Of a stretch of DNA of 64,000 nt, positions 1 through 10,893 are shown piece by piece; within the stretch, counting starts at the first letter, position 1, and each line of letters begins with the position of its first letter. Position numbers and translations under genes: made by a program. This DNA is from Cycas panzhihuaensis (lineage: Eukaryota > Plantae > Cycadophyta), in assembly GCA_023213395.1 (NCBI GenBank), contig CM041465.1:46383741-46447740 (forward strand). The letters run 5' to 3'. Below the pieces are notes generated by a model. The model did no database searches. It saw only the letters and a program-made list of their open reading frames with translations, and was not told where the DNA came from.

Positions 1-151
1 GGCTGCTTTATTTATAGCCATCTCTATAAACTAGCTACTAACTCTCTCTCCTAAAAATACCAACTTCATATAAAATATGCATTAAATAATTCTTCATTTA
101 TATTCCTAAAAACCAACTTCATCAATTTGTTCTAACTTTTCGAATGTAATA
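1..151 (-). repeat. Partial 3' LTR of LTR element X (duplicate copy), cut by the window edge
   Basis: Aligns with ~28990-29148 and ~41840-41998 (ctctcctaaaaataccaact...). Followed at ~153-166 by ctctcccctccttg, a polypurine tract on the minus strand. Confidence 0.7.
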
Positions 152-655
152 ACTCTCCCCTCCTTGAAATACTTTATCATTAAAATATAGATAATTGTGT
201 GTGGAGCTTGTTTGGTCTAACTTTGACCAATGGTTCTAGTTGTAACTTGATAATTTTTGAATGTTATAAAAATAGGGTTTAAGTTTGTGGCTTTTATTAA
301 AATTATTGACAAGTAACTTTAATTTATAGATGCTCACTCCTGGGACTAGGTACATGTTATATCTTGTCCTATATTGAACCGATTTTACAACCTATATGGT
401 GCCTTTAATTCTTGGCCTTAATCTTATTTTGTGTTTACACATTTCATCCTTAGATATCATGACAATTGGAACAAGAGGTGATGAGAATACTAAGAAACTT
501 TATGTGGAAAGTTATGATGTAGTTTTGGAAGTCTAGAGAAGAATTGATCATAAGGATTATGAATTGATGATTGCTTAGTATAATAGGGAGTGGGAGAAAT
601 GGGGTTCTAAGGGATGATCAACCATGGATTTGAAGGCATAGAAAATAAAGATGAT

Positions 656-1040
656 TATTAATATCTTGAATCTACGGGTTCATACTAGGAAGAGAAGGAT
701 AGGAAAAGTTACAATTCGATTAATCTATATACAATTCACACCATTTACACCATATATGTACAAATAATCATAGCATGGATATGTAAATAAGAACCATATA
801 ATGTACACAATATTAATTATATTATATCAAAATAAGATGTATAAGAGTTAGATATGATCATCCAAAGCAAGTTCAGAACCATCTTTTAAGGCTAGGATAT
901 GCCACATCGCGTATCCCCCATTTACCTATATTACATAGATATACATATTTAAATCATCATATGTCATTTGATAACTAACTTGAACTAATCCAAAACTAAT
1001 TCTCTTTTGATAACATCATTAACAAAATTGATGCCTAACA
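656..1040 (-). repeat. 3' LTR of Gypsy A1
   Basis: Homologous to 29639-30012 and 38346-38771. Starts TGTTAGG on minus next to the PPT. Flanked by ATGAT at 651-655, the same target site as copy A2. Confidence 0.9.
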
Positions 1041-1059
1041 TCTATCCCTCCCTTTTTAG

Positions 1060-2970
1060 TCCTGAGCATCTCGCTCAGGATTTGCTACTTAATTAGGAAT
1101 AGGAGTTACGTCTGGAGCTGAAGTAGTAGGTGTATTTGAAACTTGACCTAGGGCTAGTCTTGGCGATGCCCTAGAATAAAGTGGGTCTAGTCCTGCCTTT
1201 CAACATCATTTTCAGTTCTCATAACTTACTACTTCAACGCATTGAAGTACTTGTTGTTGATATGCTTTTTCTTCTTCAATGTGGCTTGTTAATTCTTTAA
1301 TTCACTATTCTGAGATTTAGAATTATTCTTCATTTTGATGACAATGTTCTTCTGAAATTTGAAGTCATTCCTCATTGTGGCGAAGGTGATCTTCCAATGC
1401 ATTGATTTTTTATACATGATAAATCTCTCGATTGTACATTTCCTCATTCACTTTCAATAACTAACTATACTCCTTCTCTTTCTTCTGCAATGACTCTTCC
1501 ATTTCACAAGTTGACTTCTTTTCTTGTTGTAAATCTTTTTATAACTATTTAAAATTATCTTTCATTATCTTCAAAAAGGATTCTTGTGCTTGTAGTACTA
1601 TTTGATATGTAGTGATGGGGTTTATTACTCTTTCTCCATTCCCTGATTCTAGTGGATTTTCTTACTCTAGCATCACGACCCCTACATTTATTTCTCCCAT
1701 CAGTTCACATCTTACAGTTTTACTATTAATAGTAGGAGATGCTAGAATATTCAAATATGGTATAATATGCATGTCTTCCTCTTCTCTTGTAGGTATAGAC
1801 TCATTGTCTTCGTCTAGTTCATCAGCCTACCCTCCACTTAAACTAAAGTCCAAGTAATCTGCTACATAGTCTTCATTTGAATCATCTGAATCAATTGAGG
1901 TATCTGATGATTCATCTGTTTCATGTACCATTATAATTTTACACTTCTTCTACTCTGTTTTGACATCCCTTTGAATCTTTAGTTGATTCTTCTTTGGTAT
2001 GGAATCCTTATGGAATATGGCAAGTAATGAAATAGTCAGGCTCCTAACTACCCCTGGTAGGTGAAACTTTTCATAACATAACCCAAGTAAATATAGGGTA
2101 AAATTAAAACTTAATTGTGTTCCCATAGTGAGCTGGTATAGAGATGTTTTCATATTCTTCAAAATAAAAGATGAGTAATTATATATTGTTCCTTTCATGA
2201 GCCCTTGCAAATAGGAAGTCATCCACTATGGTAGTGTATTACAACGTTGTTCCCCTTGTAATCTCATACACATAAGAATTACAACCATTATAATATTTAT
2301 GTACTTCAAGTGAGTTACCAAAATTCTGTGTCCACCATGCTTCATATAAAATTCTCTTTTGCATGTTGTCTGAATGATCTAATCCTTCATTAATGTTATT
2401 AAATTCCTTGCTTTCTTGACTTCATGTCCCTCCTTAGGGAACCCTATCAATCTAACTATGTCCTTTGACTCCATGCTTATAATTTTGCCATTAATTATTA
2501 GTACTCAATCTACCAAGTTATATCCTTGTAATATATCCTGTAGCTTCTTAGAATTCTTAGAAAAAATTAGAAATGATGCTGCCTGAACAACTTTGGCACT
2601 TATTAATTGCCCTCATAATAAAGCATTGCGATCTTCAGCTTTAAGTTATACCCATTTCTGGAGTACTAGGGAATCCAGTAATTGCCACCTGATTTATCGA
2701 CCCCCAATCTCAAATGGTCACTTCAGATCAATTTCCTCTTTAGTCACTTTCTCTAACAAATCTATGAATAGTAGAGTAGTCTAGGCAAATCTTTTAAATC
2801 CCAACATTGTTACTGTCCTCTACCTCATGCTGGCTCTTTGACTACAAATGCTAGCTATTGATCACTGACTACTAATACTAGCTTCTTTAACTAAATCCTC
2901 AACTTCAATGATTGGCTTCTTAAATAGTAGAAGAGGTTGTTTATGCCAATAGCTCTCTTCTCATCCATAT
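1060..2970 (-). pseudogene. Extra 3' ORF of Gypsy A1 (env-like position, same sense as pol): plant-transposon-protein-like domain, acidic tract and coiled-coil tail
   Basis: Reading through stops gives ...LQDILQGYNLVD*VLIINGKIISMESKDIVRLIGFPKEG...WMTSYLQGLMKGTIYNYSSFILKNM...FNFTLYLLGLCYEKF (ORF 1950-2222 is part of it). Conserved in copy A2. Confidence 0.7.
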
Positions 2971-3269
2971 ATATAAGAGGGGAGGGTAATTTTAGCCCAT
3001 GGTTTTGCCCCTAACCATGGGCTATCCATGGTTTTTGCCCATGGTTTTGGGCAAAACATGGGCCCATGGTTGATTAGTTGTCAATGGCTAGTTGATCAAC
3101 CATGATTAGCAGCTAGTTGTCATTCAGTCAATCAATCGTCGTTCAGTCAATCAGTGGTTGGCTGATCAACCACTACCATTTGGTTGATCACTCTTTTTTT
3201 ACCACTATATTTCTCTCTTTCTTTTCTTTTTTTTTAATTATATCTATACTTCACTCACTCTTTCTCTCT

Positions 3270-3374
<105 letters not shown>

Positions 3375-3521
3375 GATATGCTTCTCTTTTTTTTTTCTAA
3401 ATTTAAAATGACTATATTATGTTTCTTGAGTACAATATTAGAAAATAGTATCGAAAGGGAGATCATCATTATTGTGTGATGTTAGCACCACGTAGTCCCT
3501 TCCACTTATGATGTATGATAG

Positions 3522-6500
3522 TTATCCCTGGTGATAGTTACTTGGAACCTTTACTTGAGCCTAGTGATTAGGATGGTCATAGTGTTGATGCTCTTGTCTA
3601 GTTTGGTTGTACTTATATAATTTGAGTTTCGATCCATTGACCACCATTAATATTTTGTCCTTATTGATATGTATTATCACCACTCAGCTATTTCAGAAGA
3701 TTCTTTTGATTGAAAATAGTCTGAGCCAATGAACCTTAAGCTTACAAGGTTTTATGTAGTGTTTACCATCATATTGGAGAACTAAATCTCCTTCTATTAA
3801 TGTTTGTAGATGTAATTTCTTATTATGCCATCCTTTCCTTTGTTGCTATATTGCGTTCATCACCCATTATGCCTACTGTCATTTTTTGTCAAGGTTAAGA
3901 ATAGCTTCTAATCGATTCTAGAGACTCATTTCATCTTGCCATCTTTGTTGAATCACGACCTTTAGACTTAGTACTATAAATTTTATAGGGAGTACTGCTT
4001 CAGTCCCATAAACTAACTGAAATGGTGTATGATTTATTGAAGTTTTGTAAGCCATCCTAAAAACTTATAATACTGAATATAGGTGTTCTGCCTAGTCATT
4101 TCTATTTATATTACATAACTTTGTTAGCATTGTTACTATTATTTTATTACTTGACTCAGCTTGTCTGTTTGCCCCTCGGGTGTTAATTTATGATGTGTAA
4201 TCATAAAATCTTGAGTTAAACAATAAATTATTTCATTTATAAAATATGTTCCCCTATCGCTTATCAATTCCAAGGGACATCCAAATCTTATGATAATATT
4301 TTCATAGAGAAATACCATTTTACTACGTGTCGAATTATTCTTAAGTGCCTTTGCCTTGATCTATTTTGTAAGGTAATCTATTACTACTATAATATATTTC
4401 GCCTGAGTTGTTCATGTTACATGTTTGAAAGGCCTAATGATGTCTAATCCCTATCACTTAAAAACTCCTTAAGCCAATGATGGTTGCAAAGGCATAAAAT
4501 CATATTCAAGTGGTTGTCCTATTTATTGACAGTTATCGCACTTTGATATAAATTATTTTGTATACTTATGCAATTGTAGCCACTATAATCCTGATAGCAA
4601 TATTTTTCTGGCCATACTTTTGGGGCCTAAATGACCACCTGTGGTTCCTTTATGGGCTTCACTAAGTATTACTAGTATTTCTTTAGCCATTACACAACGT
4701 CTTAGAATGAAATCTTTCCTTAGTTTATATAAAACTCCTCTTATTAGTTGATAAGGTGCAACTTTCTTTATCAACTATTTTCATTGTTGTGAAGGCATAT
4801 TGGTGGGAAAAGAACCCAAACTGAGACATCTTATTATATCCTCATAATTTGGAGGTGATATGATTACTTGGAAAAGTTCTACATCTAGAAAATCATCTTT
4901 TATGCTAGAAGGTTCTTCTCTTATTTGAATTCTCGATAAATGATCAACAATAACATGGGTACGTCTTGGTTGAACTACTATTTTGAAGTTGAACTCTTGT
5001 AGCAACAACAACCATAGACTTATCCTTCCTTGTATTATAGGCATATTGATCATATATAAAAGGGCTTGGTGATCAACAAAGAATATGAAAGAGTTTGCTA
5101 ATAAGTAATGTTAAAATTTTTGTACTACATAGATCATTCCTAATGCTTCCCTCTCTATAGTTGAATAATTATTTTTTGCTTTGTTTAAATGTCTACTAGT
5201 AAAATAAATGGGTAAGTCTAATTTGTGACTTTCTTCTTGAGCAAGTGTACATGTAATTGTAATCTTTGATATGTCTATATAAATATGGAATTCTTTAGTT
5301 TAGTTTGGGTGGACTAATATCGAAGTTGTAACAAGTCTATTTTTAAGGTGGTCAAAAGTTATTTGGTGCTCGTCTCCCCAAGTGAAATTCACACCTTTCC
5401 TTAGCAATTCTTCTAAGGGGTGTGCAATATAAGCAAATCCTTTTATAAACTACAATAATACCCAATGTATCTGATAAAGATTTAAACCTTTATGTTATTC
5501 AATGGTGGTGTTAATTTCATAATAACTCTAATTTTATCTGGATCTATTTTTAGTTTGTAGGCACATATAATGTGGCCCAATAATTTCCTATATGGAACCA
5601 AAAACTGACATTTCTTAGGATTTAGTGATAATCTTGTTTCCCAACAGATCCCCAAACATTCTATTAATAATGGTAGGTGATTTTTAATATTTCCATAGAT
5701 AGATCAATCGTCTAGAAATACTTTTATTGACTTCTAGGATAATTGGTCAAATACGTGCATGATTATTGACATATAATGTGGCCTAATAATTTCCCATATG
5801 AAACCAAAAACTAACATTTCTCTAAATTTAGTGATAATTTTATTTTCTGATAGATCTCCAAACATTCTATTAATAATGGCAGGTGATTTTCAGTATTGCC
5901 ATAGATAGACCAATAATCTAGAAATACTTTTACTGACTTCCAGGATAATTGGTCAAACACGTGCATGATTATTCGTTGAAAGGTAGCAAGTGCATTACAC
6001 AAACCAAATGGCATCTAATTGTAGGCAAATATTCTAGTTTGAGTAATAAAAGTAGTTTTCAATTTTATTTTTTTTCTGTAATACTCATTTGATTGCATCC
6101 CAAAAACCCATCCAAGAATGAATATACCTCGTTTCCTACCACTTCTTCCAATATCATATTAGTAAATGGTATAGGAAATGGGTCCTTACAAGTTACTATA
6201 TTTAATTTTTGAAAATCTATATAGGTACATAATTTCCCATTTTTCTTAGGAACTACCACTATTGGAGATACCCAGTCACTAGCCTCAACCTTAAATATAA
6301 TGTGCGCATCTAGTATTTTCTTAATTTTAGCATCCACTTGTTTTGCATATTTGGGATTCATTTTGTATGGTCTATATTTTATGGGTTTTGATCCTGGTAT
6401 TAGTTTAATTTTATGCTCACATAACTATTTTGGTATTCCTTTTAGATCCTTGTATGTCCACGCAAAAACATTTTTGTATTTTATAAAAAAATTATTGTTG

Positions 6501-7812
6501 CTGCTACTAACATTAGATCCCATGTTTTTCCTAATATAATCTTTTGCTTGCTCTGTTCAGTTCCCAAAGTTATAAGTTATTGTGGTACTTCTTCATAACA
6601 TATTTCATTCTAAAATTTATGTGCTAGATCTTGTGATATTATTTAATTTCCTTTAGTAATCTCATAGAAGTATCATGGATATTTGGGTTATTCATTAATA
6701 TTTTGGATATGATAAATAGTTGCATTATCAAGAGGTTCTATGTGAACAAGATAACATAAACATATTTCATATTTTTGCTATTGCCAATGAAATAATCCAC
6801 TATTTATGTCTAATTCATCTTCAGAACATGCGTCCAAGTATAAAACACCTTCAATAGGTTCACATATATTATCATGGTCAAATATTGTACTCAAAGGATG
6901 TTCCTCTTTAGTATTATTAGTATAACCATTCTCATCAACATTAATATCATTATCATCAGACGAACTAGAACCTACTAATTCTTTGCTTATAATATGATGA
7001 TTTAGATTAATTAGTTACTTCTTCCCCTTTTGTTTAATTGTCAATGTGTTACGTCCCTAATTCTGGAGTACGTGTGCATTTCGTAACCAAGGTCAACCTA
7101 GTAGGGAATCATAAGGTGGAGGTGTTGCATTAATCAGAGGTATTATAACAAAATCTATTATAAACTCTTGATTTCCTAATTTTATTTTCTATGCTCATAT
7201 CATCCCTAACAGTTATATACCATGTTGATCAACCAGTCATAACCAGAATGTGGGAGGCCATAGTTTAGGTCTACCGATTGCTTCCCAAGTTGTAACTGGA
7301 ATAATGTTTACTACAACCCCACCATCAATCACTGTCTTCTCCAACATATGCCTTAGTATATTCATTGAAATAATTATGTCTTAATCGACCTTAAGAGATC
7401 GTACATGATGGTATTCTATGTCAGATTATTACATGGGAGCTCTACATTCTTTTGTTAACATTCTCTCTATTCTTATTGTCTTGATTTACTATATGTAGTC
7501 CTTAAATATTTGTAGTAGAAGCCCATTATTCTTGAGTAATGCTAACAAGTTGATTGTTATCTCTTTTTATAGGAGTTGTTCTATAATTAAGGTAACAATA
7601 TACTTATGTGTTGTATCATCTTTTGTTGTTGTTAATTCTATCGATCCACTTTTTGTTGGTTTTGTGAGTGATGGCTTAGTCAAACTCAGATCATACTCCT
7701 ATTTTTATAGTGCTTATACCAACTTGGTGGCCTGACTCAAGCATTCTTTTTCATTCTAAGGGTTAGGATATATTGATTGCTTCTTGTATACACCGCATAT
7801 ATTGGTAATGGT
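3522..7812 (-). pseudogene. pol: Decayed pol (PR-RT-RH-INT) of Gypsy A1
   Basis: ORF fragments 6065-6361, 5811-6014, 4781-5053 and 4583-4774. Protease-like VIDGGVVVNII near 7300-7335. Many premature stops. Confidence 0.92.
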
Positions 7813-7839
7813 GGAGATCACTGATGATGAAACTGGACA

Positions 7840-8362
7840 TCCATAGATTCCTCCTTAGAGAAAAAGAACCTAAGGGCTTCGTAAAGATGAGGGATTTATT
7901 CTATAAGAGATTAAGAGCCAGCAACTATCCTAGAAAGTTTCTACTACATTACTTCAGTCAAGTATCTTTGAACGACCACCCTAAGCTACTTAAGAAGTAT
8001 TGCTCTGATGCAATACCTAAGGGTAAGAGGCCCCTTTAGTGCTCAAACTAGACTATTCTTAGTTTACAAGGGAGTTTAACCTAGGGGCCACCCTAAACCC
8101 TAAACTCTTTAGGCTTTGCCAATAAGACCTTGACTTGAGGCATATTCTGAGAGCTATGATCTACTGGAAAAATCCCAATAAACTTGAAACATTTCTAATA
8201 AGGAGTAAATTCCTTCCTAATCCTTATGTCAACACGGTTACAATAGTTGATGAGCCTTTATCTATGGACCCTAATGATTGCATTTTGGAGGGTACTAATC
8301 TTGGAAGACTAATTAACATCATGTTAGAAATGGAGTAAGAGGAAGAAGAAGTTAATGAGTAA
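7840..8362 (+). pseudogene. C-terminal (thumb/linker) part of the PLE RT ORF, upstream partial copy
   Basis: HRFLLREKEPKGFVKMRDLFYKRLRASNYP continues the peptide cut at 12420. Then ...WKNPNKLETFLIRSKF..., an acidic tail and TAA at 8360-8362. No GIY-YIG motif follows. Confidence 0.85.
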
Positions 8363-8603
8363 TTATATTATAGGCTTGGTGATGGGAGACTTAGACCCCA
8401 CACTTTGCCCATCTTTCTCTTATATTTTTTAAATTTTTTAGCTTTAGCATTGGCATGATTCCTGTGCATATCTATGCAAGGCACTTGATTGCCTCAAGGT
8501 ATTTTTAGTGAGGATTTGTTGTGCACTTGGTGTTGGCATGATTCCCATGCTTATGATTTATCCCACATTCATGAGCATAAGGCACCCAACTACCTTATTG
8601 TCC

Positions 8604-8613
8604 CTATATATAA
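8604..8613 (+). promoter_or_regulatory. Candidate TATA box in the PLE pseudo-LTR
   Basis: ccTATATATAAc, ~30 bp upstream of the hammerhead motif and ~330 bp upstream of the ORF1 ATG. Confidence 0.45.
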
Positions 8614-8640
8614 CTTCCTTGGGGAGTTAAGAGTTCATAC

Positions 8641-8680
8641 ATCTGCTGATGAGCTCATAAAGAATGAAATGCATTTAGAT
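8641..8680 (+). ncRNA. Decayed minimal type I hammerhead ribozyme motif
   Basis: atctg-CTGATGA-gctc-ataaa-gaat-GAAA-tgca-tt-tagat. Reversing transitions only gives atctg CTGATGA gctc...gagc GAAA cgcg TC cagat, the typical PLE-associated layout. Confidence 0.78.
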
Positions 8681-8937
8681 TCTCCTTTTTGTACTTTTAT
8701 GAAGTTTATAATGCAAAGAAGATATTTGCTTAAATCCTAGCATTCTTTATGTTTTGGTGTTGAAGTCTCTTCCCTTTTTTGCTACATTGTTGTCATTTCT
8801 ATTTCAGAATACATTATTTACTGCATGCTTGTTATCTTGTTATTTTTAGATCCTAAAACTTAGTTATCAGTTATTGCCAAGTAATATTTTTTGGAAGAAG
8901 AGTTAATTGATCTGCAAGAAATCTAGAGGTATCGAGA

Positions 8938-10890
8938 ATGCCTCATAGTTCATCCATTGATTCTGCCAGGGAAACCACTAGCAGGAAATGTGTAGTAGTT
9001 TCCTTACTACTTAATTCATCTAGAACAACCATAGTTGAGGTTGCAAATGTTCCTTCTATTGAACTCCAACAAATCTAAGACCAAACCAATACCTAAAGAT
9101 TCAACAAGTTAGTTGAACTAGAGGTCTAGAATTGCACCAAGGTTATTATAAGGGAAAATGACCAATTAAGAGGAAGGAAATCAACTTTCTATATAGAAAA
9201 TGATCGATTAAGAGCAGAGAAATCAACTTTTCAAATAGAAAAATCAACTTTTCAAGCAGAAAAATCATCATTTTAAGAAGAAATGTCCAGGCTCCAAACT
9301 ACCATCACGTTGTTTGAAAAGGGAAGGGAAACAATAAGGATCATCAGGCAAGAAGAATTATGGGAATTGGAGGACTCATTATGAACTCATGAAGAATCTT
9401 TGTGTCTGGACTTTGAGAGGAGAATTAATGAGTATCTTGCAGCTTAAAGAGCTGAGTTTGATTGCTAACAAGCTAAGCTAGACACATGCCTTGTTGAAGC
9501 CATCTCCATTGCTAATGAGCGCAATGCTAACCCCCCTCCCATCTAGCCTCCTCTCCCTCCTCATCCTCAACCCAATGTCAATTTCTCCATCCCTCTAATC
9601 ACCCCCCTACCTCAGACCCTTCTTTCTTAATCCCTACATCCTCTTTTTCTTTACCCCTACAGATCAATAACCTTATTTCTAAAGCCTTGATAGAGTTTAA
9701 AAAATAAACTGGGAAACTAGATAGATCTGTTAGAACTTAATTTTGGATGAGAGAGCTTAACACTGTATGATCTCTTCCTCCCATCCTCAAGATCACTCCC
9801 TTAAAACCAAGATTGTTGATGAAGTTATCTAAGCCCAGATGTTTGCCACCTTCGAGCAAACATAGAATGAGTCTAATGAAAAATTTTTAGATCTATATAT
9901 TAACTCCTTAGCAGCAGCCAAGGATAAGTTTAGGGAACATGTTTCTTCCAGCTCTTCCCAGTTAAGAGAAGTTATTAGGACCCTATGTACCTCCCTATCC
10001 CAAATCAGTTTCCTTAGGGCTACTAATCACATGAAGATTGCTAGTTCATGGTTCAAAAAAGCTGTGGAGGATTTCAAAAATAAGTGTAATCACTGGCTCA
10101 TAGAAAAATCAATTAGAGATAGTTTGAGATAGGTAGCTAATAATGCCTGCCAGGAAGCGTGTGACACTACCATGAATGATGTCGATACCATGTAGGTCAA
10201 ACCTTCGTTCACTGAATTGGTGAATTTAGCCATTAATCAAAAGTGTACCACACTCTAGGACCAAATCAAGGAACTCAAATAGCTCCTCTCTAGTAACACC
10301 TCTACCTCCTCTATTGCACTGGCCTTAACTTTAGCTGGTAATAATAAGAAGAAGAGGAGATGTAGAAATAGAAGAAAGAATAGGCAACATAACTCTCAAT
10401 CTGGTGAATAATAACAAGGCCCAGAAAATGAGCCTTCTAAGGGTGGAGGAATGAATAACTCCACTCCTAGTGTTGCATAGTAGTTACCTTAAGAACATAA
10501 ATTAAACCAGCATGCTCATAGCAAAATGCCTGCTTGATCTATCTCATGGTAGCCTTCCTCAAATAGAGGGCAATATCAGCCTTTGTCAAATCAACTGCAA
10601 AATTAATCGTATAGGAGATTTCATTAGAGGAGAGGACTGTGGAAGATGTATCAACCTTTTGGATAATAAATGAATTATCAGATGTAGTTCCAGAATCCTT
10701 GGGGTATACAAAACTAGTTCTAGCCATATCAATAGATGTAGATGCCTCAAATGTTACAGATGCCTCAATGGAGTCAATAGGGTAGTGGGCACCCTATCCA
10801 CTAACAGTCTCAGAGGAGAAGTAGAACCCCCCTAATGTGCTTCAAACTAAACTAATGGGGTCTGGCCCTTGATAGGGCCTATTTTTCTCT
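8938..10890 (+). pseudogene. PLE ORF1 / N-terminal extension: coiled coil, Pro-rich, basic (NLS-like) and Gln/Met-rich regions
   Basis: ATG at 8938 (MPHSSSIDSARE...). Heptads ENDRLRA EKSTFQI EKSTFQA EKSSF*E. PPLPPHPQP near 9540, NNKKKRRCRNRRKNR near 10340. Most stops are TAA/TAG, restorable to Gln codons. Confidence 0.72.
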
Positions 10891-10893
10891 AGG

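Noticed and set aside
1612-1857. Plus-strand ORF 'conserved' with 30585-30830
   Set aside because: It is the antisense shadow of the acidic part of the Gypsy accessory ORF; the conservation reflects the duplication.
7821-7833. CTGATGATGAAAC resembling a second hammerhead core
   Set aside because: There is no room for stem II, and it is simply the inverted copy of RT coding sequence 12318-12345.
8489-8740. 83-aa ORF as a possible GIY-YIG endonuclease
   Set aside because: It has no GIY/YIG, Arg or Glu motif pattern and overlaps the TATA and hammerhead of the non-coding spacer.
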